Source: an uncultured virus (IMG/VR IMGVR_UViG_3300034157_000062)
Lineage: Duplodnaviria > Heunggongvirae > Uroviricota > Caudoviricetes
Reading direction: 5' to 3' (one strand)
Virus record (IMG/VR): IMGVR_UViG_3300034157_000062
DNA length: 64,000 nucleotides
Made by a program: the position numbers and the translations under genes. Of this stretch, positions 40,983 through 48,238 are shown piece after piece; position 1 is the first letter of the stretch, and the number at the start of each line of letters is the position of its first letter. The notes under the pieces were generated by a model, which worked only from the letters and a program-made list of their open reading frames with translations, was not told where the DNA came from and did not search any database.

Positions 40983-41981
40983 TTATACTTTCATCATTTC
41001 TAGTGTTGTTAGGTAATTTTTTAAACAGTCGGGGTCTTTAAAATTTCCATGCAATGTATCTATTTTAGTTTGTGTGACAGTTTCTATCAGGTTTTTAAAA
41101 ATAGGGTTATAGAATATGTGACAATTTTTTTTGATGTACTCTAAAAAATATTTTTTACCATTACATATCATGAAAACTGTTTCGTAATCACCGTAGACAT
41201 TCAAATTTATGTTTTCAAATTTGTCGTATTCTAAACCAATAGATAATTGATCATTTTTATAATACGCATTTTTTATGTAATATTTTGTAGTGATAGATCC
41301 CTCTTTGCACAGGATTGAGAACAATTTATTAATTTCATTAATGTAACAATAGATATCATCTTCGACTTGTTTAGGTAACTTGAAATTATGGTTTTCAACA
41401 ATTAATCCATCGACTAACTTAACATCAGTTTTGTATATAGGATTTTCGTCTATATTTAACCAATGAACAGTGCTTTGATTCTGAATTTTATCAGGCGTTA
41501 ATTTCATTAATTTAAATACAGATTCAGTCCCCATAACACCACTTCTTATTCTGTATAAACCACACTCTGGAATAAAGGCTATTACCAATTCATCATCATT
41601 CTGATGGTGTTTAGTCGTTATTTTTGATACATAATCTCTAAAACAATCAGTTGAACATGTGATTTCTGCGTTTGTGGCTGTCGTATAATTATCGTCATGA
41701 CTAATTAAAAGGTCCAGTAAATTATTTTTTATTCCATGTTCACGGGCAAATAGATTAATTTTCCCTTCATTTTTTTTATGCATCAATATTATTTCATTAG
41801 TGTTAGGATAATTTTTCAAAACATAACTCATTAAGTCATAGTCAGGAGGAAGTCTTTTGTTTGGATAAAATACGTTATTTTTGACCACATAATCAATAGA
41901 TGACAAATTAGTCAATAATCTACCTAAAAACGTATTAATTCTGGTCATTTCGTTGTCTTCAATCTTGATCATTGAGTTCAC
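40983..41981 (-). CDS. paralog 1 of 4; Met(-4) motif
   Basis: ends YLTTLEMMKV. Confidence 0.7.
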   Translation of the reverse strand: MNSMIKIEDNEMTRINTFLGRLLTNLSSIDYVVKNNVFYPNKRLPPDYDLMSYVLKNYPNTNEIILMHKKNEGKINLFAREHGIKNNLLDLLISHDDNYTTATNAEITCSTDCFRDYVSKITTKHHQNDDELVIAFIPECGLYRIRSGVMGTESVFKLMKLTPDKIQNQSTVHWLNIDENPIYKTDVKLVDGLIVENHNFKLPKQVEDDIYCYINEINKLFSILCKEGSITTKYYIKNAYYKNDQLSIGLEYDKFENINLNVYGDYETVFMICNGKKYFLEYIKKNCHIFYNPIFKNLIETVTQTKIDTLHGNFKDPDCLKNYLTTLEMMKV

Positions 41982-42108
41982 CTTTAAAAGCTGTGATTTT
42001 ACTATTTATTTGAGTGTATGTCAAACAAATCTCTAACATATAGACATCTTTGATATTTATCAATTTAATGATAATATAAAAATACAATCAAAAATAGTAG
42101 GTGAAGCT

Positions 42109-42714
42109 ATGTTACACATTCATTTTCCAGTTCATATGAAACCATCATCCATCTATTGGTTGTCTTCATTGCAGCCATCAAATGACGTTAAAATTTATTT
42201 TGACAATATGGTTGCTGATATGAACAAGTTAGCCTATGCAAAAATAATTGATTCCATTTATAAAGTAGGCACTCATTTCAAACTTGATAAAAATGAAATC
42301 AAAAAACTTATGAAAAATGTTCATCGTGAGTTTGTTGGTGATTATATCGTAGACAACGAGAATGGACAGTGGAATATATTCAATGAATTTTACAGATTAG
42401 CAATTGATGAACCTATCAAAAGTTTTCACCTCATTCAAGATGACACTTATTTTAAATCGTTTAATGCGAAATGCCTTCTAAAATTTGATGAAAATTACAA
42501 ATTAATGGATGTTATCTTTCATTTATCTAAGCCAACTAACAATAAATTAAACATAATAGAGATTGTTTTTGATAGCGATTTTAATCTTGTAGCCTTATAC
42601 TTAGAAAAAATAAAATATAATAAACAGTCTACGAAAGTCAAAGAACTTATTAAGGATAAAAACTTAATGTCTTTAACACATGAACTTGCAGTGTGTGTGG
42701 AGTTTTTCAAATAA
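42109..42714 (+). CDS. hypothetical protein, possibly a shortened relative of ORFs 33132/34229
   Basis: KCLLKFD...FDSDFNL resembles KCDILFD...LDSNFNL. Confidence 0.6.
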   Translation: MLHIHFPVHMKPSSIYWLSSLQPSNDVKIYFDNMVADMNKLAYAKIIDSIYKVGTHFKLDKNEIKKLMKNVHREFVGDYIVDNENGQWNIFNEFYRLAIDEPIKSFHLIQDDTYFKSFNAKCLLKFDENYKLMDVIFHLSKPTNNKLNIIEIVFDSDFNLVALYLEKIKYNKQSTKVKELIKDKNLMSLTHELAVCVEFFK

Positions 42715-42786
42715 AATCCAGCGGGTTTCTATTTGGATTAAAATCAAAATTATGGTATATTGTAGTAAACAATTACTCATTCTATT

Positions 42787-43962
42787 ATGAAACAAATACT
42801 CATAGATACGTTGCTTAGTTTACATGAAACACACCCTTTTACATGTCCATATATCAACCCCCTTATCTTTCAAGGTAAAAACTGTTCAAGAGCTTATGAC
42901 ATTGACATAAGCTATAACCCAGAATCATTGCCTGTTTATTCAATGGATCTATTTGAAGTCGTTGATGGTTTAAACAAATGGGTAACTGGTGTAATTGCTA
43001 CCTATGAAAACTTACCTGAACGTGTTAAAGCTCTTAAAGCTGATTTAGAAATTGATTTAATGATAGAGAACATTCAACAGTTACTTGAATTTAGTGTTGA
43101 TATTGATTATCAGGAAAGAGATGTCAACAGAGTGATTGAACGTTGGGATGTGGCTCATAGAACATACAATGAACTTACACAAAAAATAACTGATAAAACC
43201 CGTGAGGTAGAGATAGCAGAATCTATGATAAGTGGATCAATATCAGATAATGATCTACATACTTACAGAGTCTCTGAACGTGATCGTAGTGCCAATGAAT
43301 TACAAAAATTAGAACATGAACTCTTTCTTCTTAATAGAGAATTTAGTGATGAGATAGTTCCTATATTTGAAATGGAAACTGAAACTTACACCCAATCACT
43401 AGAAGCACTAAGAACCAGAAATGATACATTAAGAGAAGAAACAAACGCATTGTTAAATTGTTTGATAATGAATTTTAAGAATGAACTAAATATTGAGCAA
43501 CCAAACGACTATTTGAATAAAAAATTCGGCATTAAAGACAGCTTAAGTGGTATTAAGACATTAAATATTGGATTACTTTATAACAACACACCCTTCACTG
43601 ATGATGACGATTCTTATGATAATGAATATGGAAAGACGTATTTTATAAAATTAGCAGACGACTTATATTCTAGAAATATCTTAACTCATACTGACAAGAT
43701 GGATTTCAAAGCTAAAATAAATCCATTTATGGTATTAAAAGATGATTATTTTATAAAGTATGGAATCGAAAAATCAGAATCACGAACACCCGAATTTCAG
43801 AAGAAGCTATTGTTAGATAAATTAAAGGAATATGGTTATCAAGTTGTTAGGTTTTATGAAACGATTGATGATTATAAATCAGATAAAGATAACTTTAAAA
43901 CAATTGAATTAAAAGATTGGGATAACAAAGTCAAACAGAAGAAAAAAATAAAGCCAGTCTGA
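42787..43962 (+). CDS. coiled-coil hypothetical protein with basic tail
   Basis: PFTCPYIN, LEALRTRNDTLR; ends KVKQKKKIKPV. Confidence 0.75.
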   Translation: MKQILIDTLLSLHETHPFTCPYINPLIFQGKNCSRAYDIDISYNPESLPVYSMDLFEVVDGLNKWVTGVIATYENLPERVKALKADLEIDLMIENIQQLLEFSVDIDYQERDVNRVIERWDVAHRTYNELTQKITDKTREVEIAESMISGSISDNDLHTYRVSERDRSANELQKLEHELFLLNREFSDEIVPIFEMETETYTQSLEALRTRNDTLREETNALLNCLIMNFKNELNIEQPNDYLNKKFGIKDSLSGIKTLNIGLLYNNTPFTDDDDSYDNEYGKTYFIKLADDLYSRNILTHTDKMDFKAKINPFMVLKDDYFIKYGIEKSESRTPEFQKKLLLDKLKEYGYQVVRFYETIDDYKSDKDNFKTIELKDWDNKVKQKKKIKPV

Positions 43963-43978
43963 ACTGGCTTTTCTTTTG

Positions 43979-44599
43979 TTAACTATTTTTCAATGTTCTG
44001 TTTTTCTCTGGGCGTGGTATTTTGACAAGATTGTGTTCTGGGTCAAGTGCTGCTTTTTCAGCTAACTCTTCCTTTTGTTTTCTCAACATAAAGATGAAAC
44101 TTTTAAACTTAGGTGATTCCAATACAGCCGAAAGCTCACTTTTAATTTCAACTACGCTTTTATCCAACATGGTATTGTCAACGTTTCCGAAGTCTTCAAC
44201 AGCTTGACCATCATTACCTGCAGTTTTCATATGTTCTTCAACACGTTCTTTGTAAGGACGGAGATCAGATGTGAATGCAAACACTTTCTTTTTCTGTGCT
44301 GCAGCATACCCCATTTCAAAAGCAGTACCCACATCAGTAGATGGTCCACGAAATGGTGACATGTTGACAATAAATAAATCTGCAGAATCCATTAAGTTGG
44401 TATTCTTTTCATAGATTTCTTGGGATATTTGACTGGGTGTATTATTCGTTGAAACTTCATTATCCAGTGGAATCAAAGCAACAATGCCATGTTTTTCACA
44501 AAGTAGACGTGTTACTTCAGCGTTAATCTTAGCGTCAGGGTGAAAGACATCAGGGCCAGCCATGTATGCTTTAATTACAATTTCATTCTTCATTGTCAT
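43979..44599 (-). CDS. nucleoside 2-deoxyribosyltransferase/nucleotide hydrolase family protein with extra basic tail
   Basis: YMAGPDVF, SPFRGPSTDVGTAFEMGYA, VEDFG..DNTM. Confidence 0.88.
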   Translation of the reverse strand: MTMKNEIVIKAYMAGPDVFHPDAKINAEVTRLLCEKHGIVALIPLDNEVSTNNTPSQISQEIYEKNTNLMDSADLFIVNMSPFRGPSTDVGTAFEMGYAAAQKKKVFAFTSDLRPYKERVEEHMKTAGNDGQAVEDFGNVDNTMLDKSVVEIKSELSAVLESPKFKSFIFMLRKQKEELAEKAALDPEHNLVKIPRPEKNRTLKNS

Positions 44600-44759
44600 T
44601 TGTTCCTCATTAGTTTCTATTAGTTAACTATATTATTATAATACAAAAGTGATAATTATACAATCTTTTATTTTTTGAATAATAATAAAGGATTGTTATT
44701 ATACTTGATAATCTTGACATTTTTTGATATTATTGAACATATACAAGGTATTATTATCT

Positions 44760-45398
44760 ATGAGCACTGACGCCAAACCGTATAAAATAAATAAAGCATT
44801 CAATTTCGATGAACGATTATTAGAAGAATTTTCAAAAGAATCCTCGATTCCATTGGTTAGACCTGTTGGTGTATTTCATCTTGCTATTAAATTAAAAGAA
44901 GATCAAGAACCTTGTGTTGATGGTATTGGTTATCCAGCTCTTATTTGTCGTTATATTTTGAAAGACTACATCAAAGAAGACTATGACGCCTACTTACAAA
45001 GTATTTTCGCTACAATGAAACGTTATGGTCATTATGTGAATATTCAGTTTCAACGCCAGACGAAAAAAACTATTAGCATTACCTTAGCTGATAATTATCG
45101 CTCAATTAAGGACATCACCGCTATTAGTTTTGATTATGATATACATTTACGCGACAAAAAAAACATTTACCCAGACGCTCAAGTGACCATTGTGTTTGAA
45201 GGTGAATCAATCTATGAGTTCAGTATTGATGAAAATAATGAACCATATATTAAAATGGTTGTTAACTATAATGATTTAGATGGTTTCTTTATTAAATTTA
45301 TTGAAGCGTATAAAAATAAGTTTGCACGAAAACTAGGTGTTCAACGATCAACCGAGACAGCCCAACTTAAAATATTAGTTGACATGGTTCTTTTTTAA
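44760..45398 (+). CDS. hypothetical protein, paralog of ORF 45463; Met(-4) motif
   Basis: shared YIKEDYD and NYNDLDGFF; ends LVDMVLF. Confidence 0.75.
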   Translation: MSTDAKPYKINKAFNFDERLLEEFSKESSIPLVRPVGVFHLAIKLKEDQEPCVDGIGYPALICRYILKDYIKEDYDAYLQSIFATMKRYGHYVNIQFQRQTKKTISITLADNYRSIKDITAISFDYDIHLRDKKNIYPDAQVTIVFEGESIYEFSIDENNEPYIKMVVNYNDLDGFFIKFIEAYKNKFARKLGVQRSTETAQLKILVDMVLF

Positions 45399-45462
45399 AG
45401 ATCGTCTTGATTTAATATCATTAATTTGTATAATAACTAGTCTACTATAAGGTGATATTAAA

Positions 45463-46134
45463 ATGACAAATGAAGTTAAAATACATGAAATAGACAATCT
45501 TTTAAACATTGATAAAAATATTTTAACAGCAATTTCTGAAGAGTCTTCTCATTTTATTCTGGATAATGTTGTTGAATTTTCTATGTTTAATACTAAACCT
45601 ATGGATAACTCACATTTAGCGATTACATTAAAAAACGATCAAGCTCCTTTTGTTTCTTATTTAGGAGATCCTTCTATTATTTCGCGTCACATATTAAAAC
45701 CTTATATAAAAGAAGATTATGATATACTTTTGCAAACCATTTTCAAGAAAATTAAAAATTATGGAAAATTTATTGGTATAGATTTTCAGAGATTTACAAA
45801 GATGAGGATGAATATCACACTGGCTGATGATTATCAATCTATTCAAGACATCGAATCTTTTGATTTAGTTTATATTATGCTAATAAAGACATATCAATAT
45901 TATCAAGTGAAAGCGGATATCAGTATTGTATTTAATGGAGAGTCTGTTTATGATTTTAAGTATACTCAAGGTGATTATGCAACACTTAAAATGGTGATTA
46001 ACTATAATGATTTAGATGGCTTCTTCATGAAATTTGCTGAATCCTATCGAGATGAAATTTCAAAAAAATTAGGAGTAGAACACTCAACCGATATGTGGAA
46101 AATGCTAGCACTGGCTGAAATGTTTGTTATCTAA
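45463..46134 (+). CDS. hypothetical protein, paralog of ORF 44760; Met(-4) motif
   Basis: ends LALAEMFVI. Confidence 0.75.
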   Translation: MTNEVKIHEIDNLLNIDKNILTAISEESSHFILDNVVEFSMFNTKPMDNSHLAITLKNDQAPFVSYLGDPSIISRHILKPYIKEDYDILLQTIFKKIKNYGKFIGIDFQRFTKMRMNITLADDYQSIQDIESFDLVYIMLIKTYQYYQVKADISIVFNGESVYDFKYTQGDYATLKMVINYNDLDGFFMKFAESYRDEISKKLGVEHSTDMWKMLALAEMFVI

Positions 46135-46141
46135 TAGATAC

Positions 46142-46167
46142 AAAAAAACCGTAAATGAATACGGTTA
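46142..46167 (-). terminator. intrinsic terminator of the tRNA operon
   Basis: minus strand AACCGTA-TTCATT-TACGGTT-TTTTT. Confidence 0.7.
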
Positions 46168-46182
46168 TTGATGATTACAAAT

Positions 46183-46266
46183 TGGTGCGGAAAGTGGGAC
46201 TCGAACCCACACGCCTCTCGGCACTGGCTTCTAAGACCAGCGTGTCTACCATTCCACCATTTCCGC
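46183..46266 (-). tRNA. tRNA-Leu(TAG)
   Basis: cloverleaf, CTGGT-CTTAGAA-GCCAG, long variable arm, A73, encoded CCA. Confidence 0.95.
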
Positions 46267-46323
46267 ATAGACATTAACACTTCTTTTAAATATAGTTTAA
46301 ATAAACGTTTATTTTGTAAGAAA

Positions 46324-46404
46324 GTATTGAAGCTGCCTAGGATTCGAACCTATATCTTCCAATAGCACTTTTCCGCATCTTGCTTAGGATGGCAACTCCA
46401 ATAC
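46324..46404 (-). ncRNA. tRNA-like element with shrunken arms
   Basis: 14-bp terminal stem, intact T arm TAGG-TTCGAAT-CCTA, reduced D/anticodon/variable hairpins, no CCA. Confidence 0.5.
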
Positions 46405-46409
46405 AAATC

Positions 46410-46495
46410 TGGTGCCCGAAGACGGATTCGAACCGTCACTCCCTCACGGGAAGGGGATTTTAAGTCCCCCGCGTCTACCATTTCGCCATTCGGGC
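46410..46495 (-). tRNA. tRNA-Leu(TAA)
   Basis: GGGGA-CTTAAAA-TCCCC anticodon arm, ACCA end. Confidence 0.95.
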
Positions 46496-46506
46496 ATAAA
46501 AATCAG

Positions 46507-46604
46507 TAATTCAATATTTTAGAATGCATTTCAGCAAGCGTGTCTACCACTCCACCACCCCGTGTAAACACGAGAAAAGGATTCGAACCTTCGATATTGA
46601 ATTA
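46507..46604 (-). ncRNA. circularly permuted tRNA-Leu-like module
   Basis: 11-bp closing stem; order T arm, loop-closed 7-bp acceptor stem, Leu-type D arm, mini anticodon hairpin. Confidence 0.75.
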
Positions 46605-46608
46605 AATC

Positions 46609-46693
46609 TGGTCCCCGGAGCCGGACTCGAACCGGCACGCCTTTCAGCGGGAGATTTTAAGTCTCCTGTGTCTACCAATTCCACCATCCGGGG
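46609..46693 (-). tRNA. tRNA-Leu(TAA)
   Basis: GGAGA-CTTAAAA-TCTCC, ACCA end. Confidence 0.95.
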
Positions 46694-46712
46694 ATAAACA
46701 CATGTATCAATC

Positions 46713-46796
46713 TGGTGCGTTAGGTGAGACTCGAACTCACAATCCTTTCGGCACTGGCTTCTTAGACCAGCGTGTATACCATTCCACCACTAACGC
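46713..46796 (-). tRNA. tRNA-Leu(AAG)
   Basis: CTGGT-CTAAGAA-GCCAG, ACCA end. Confidence 0.93.
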
Positions 46797-46804
46797 ATAA
46801 TTTG

Positions 46805-46961
46805 TTACTTAGAACAGGAGTCGAACCTGTACGTTATAGAAGGCTATGCCTGTGTCTACCAATTCCACGACCTAATCATTTCTGCTTAGGGAAGGATTCG
46901 AACCTTCATCTATAACAAGAAGCTAGGCTTCTCGTGTCTACCACTTTCACCATCTAAGTAA
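46805..46961 (-). ncRNA. double tRNA-like RNA (permuted tRNA nested in the variable arm of a tRNA)
   Basis: two D arms and two T arms in order D-T-D-T with all connecting stems paired; see findings. Confidence 0.8.
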
Positions 46962-46963
46962 TC

Positions 46964-47047
46964 TGGTGCGGAAGGTGGGACTCGAACCCACACGCCTCAC
47001 GGCACTGGTTTCTAAGACCAGCAAGTCTACCATTTCATCACTTCCGC
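46964..47047 (-). tRNA. tRNA-Leu(TAG)
   Basis: CTGGT-CTTAGAA-ACCAG, ACCA end. Confidence 0.95.
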
Positions 47048-47069
47048 GTGATATTGCTTTACATCAATT

Positions 47070-47153
47070 TGGTGCCCCGAGGGAGACTCGAACTCCCACT
47101 CCTTTCGGAAGCGGATTTTGAATCCGCCGCGTCTACCATTCCGCCATCGGGGC
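47070..47153 (-). tRNA. tRNA-Leu(CAA)
   Basis: GCGGA-TTCAAAA-TCCGC, ACCA end. Confidence 0.95.
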
Positions 47154-47185
47154 TTATGTTGTAGCTACATTTGTTACTATAAATC

Positions 47186-47269
47186 TGGTGCGATTGGAGA
47201 GACTTGAACTCTCAATCCTTGCGGCATTGGCTTCTTAGACCAACGTGTATACCATTCCACCACAATCGC
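47186..47269 (-). tRNA. tRNA-Leu(AAG)
   Basis: TTGGT-CTAAGAA-GCCAA, ACCA end. Confidence 0.93.
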
Positions 47270-47272
47270 ATA

Positions 47273-47364
47273 TCTTAATGAGTAAAGGGACTCGAACCCT
47301 TACGCCTTTTAGGGGCATGTCTACGCTTAGACATTATGGCTACCATTACATCATACTCATAAGA
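47273..47364 (-). ncRNA. tRNA-Leu-like element with abnormal anticodon loop and no CCA
   Basis: acceptor ATGAGTA/TACTCAT, D arm, ATGTCTA-AGCG-TAGACAT, variable arm, AAGGG-TTCGAGT-CCCTT. Confidence 0.7.
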
Positions 47365-47455
47365 GGTTTGACTTTGATAATAGTGAGTTACAAATAATTA
47401 CTATGTTTCAAAGTTTCCAGTGGGAACCGGAGCAACCTAATTTTAAATCTTCATT

Positions 47456-47540
47456 TGGTGCGGAAGGTGAGACTTGAACTCACAATCAATTAAGAAACTG
47501 CTTTTGAGACAGTCGCGTTTACCAGTTTCGCCACATCCGC
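47456..47540 (-). tRNA. tRNA-Leu(CAA)
   Basis: ACTGT-CTCAAAA-GCAGT, ACCA end; one T-T mismatch in acceptor stem. Confidence 0.9.
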
Positions 47541-47592
47541 ATATTTATTTCTTGAAGCGTTTTTGTTTGTTTCCTTACTCTTCATGTTTAAC

Positions 47593-47621
47593 ATTCTATC
47601 AACTATATTCACCTTTGTCAA
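47593..47621 (-). promoter_or_regulatory. proximal sigma70 promoter of tRNA operon
   Basis: TTGACA-17 nt-TAGAAT with AT-rich upstream region. Confidence 0.75.
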
Positions 47622-47711
47622 TAACTATTTTAATTTATTTTAAAATATTTTCCTTTTGAATCAATGCTTTACGTTATTTATAGTTGTAGTTTATCCTAGA
47701 CATTCGCCCAT

Positions 47712-47808
47712 AAAAAAAGACCCTTTTGGGGTCCAGATGCGAAATGAGGCGATTGATTAGATTCGATTTCATCTGCATCTGGACAATCTAGTTGTCCAAA
47801 AATGCAGA
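47712..47808 (-). promoter_or_regulatory. attenuator (1:2 hairpin, 2:3 antiterminator, 3:4 terminator)
   Basis: 47792-47808 pairs with 47772-47786; 47775-47784 pairs perfectly (10 bp) with 47731-47740, overlapping terminator GACCC-CAAAA-GGGTC-T7 (47712-47733). Confidence 0.75.
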
Positions 47809-47818
47809 CAAATAGATG

Positions 47819-47881
47819 CTAGCCCAAGCTAAGTAATAGTGAGCATAAGAGTAGCAGTGATAATCGAATAGTTGTGAACAT
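47819..47881 (-). CDS. Leu-rich leader peptide MFTTIRLSLLLLCSLLLSLG
   Basis: GAGGA RBS; 9 of 20 codons are Leu: TTA x3, CTA x2, CTG, CTC, CTT, TTG. Confidence 0.85.
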   Translation of the reverse strand: MFTTIRLSLLLLCSLLLSLG

Positions 47882-47905
47882 GATTTCGTCCTCGTTAATG
47901 TTCAT

Positions 47906-47934
47906 ATTTTATCAAAGGTTCATTCCAAAGTCAA
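47906..47934 (-). promoter_or_regulatory. sigma70 promoter of the Leu leader
   Basis: TTGACT-17 nt-TAAAAT with extended -10 TG. Confidence 0.75.
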
Positions 47935-48010
47935 ATACTTTCGATACAGTTGACTTTAACTTATCAAGTTGTAAAGTATTCCAAATACTCAAACCTTAAA
48001 GGAGCTATAA

Positions 48011-48238
48011 ATGATTAAGCTAAAAAAACTTTTCGAATATATTCAGATTGCTTTTGGTATTATGCTTATAATAGGCATATTGATCCTTCCATTCACGTAT
48101 TTAGATTCTACACTTCCTAGTTATACAGTGATGTTATACTTCGTCATAGCCAGCACTCTATCTTGTGTTGCAGGAATTATTTATGCTTTCTATAAAGTTT
48201 TCATGAAAAAAGAAGCAACCTTTCCTGTTGAACAATGA
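48011..48238 (+). CDS. small two-TM membrane protein
   Basis: AAGGAG RBS; two hydrophobic segments. Confidence 0.7.
   Translation: MIKLKKLFEYIQIAFGIMLIIGILILPFTYLDSTLPSYTVMLYFVIASTLSCVAGIIYAFYKVFMKKEATFPVEQ

Noticed and set aside
46168..46365. 65-aa plus-strand ORF
   Set aside because: It is the antisense reading of tRNA-Leu(TAG); ORF 47474-47659 is likewise antisense to a tRNA and its promoter.
46918..46932. CTA loop of the double tRNA as an amber-suppressor anticodon
   Set aside because: The loop is only 3-5 nt and no CCA is encoded, so ribosomal decoding is unlikely.
47374..47416. Imperfect hairpin in the tRNA operon spacer
   Set aside because: AT-rich with no T-loop or D-loop signature; cannot be distinguished from chance pairing.
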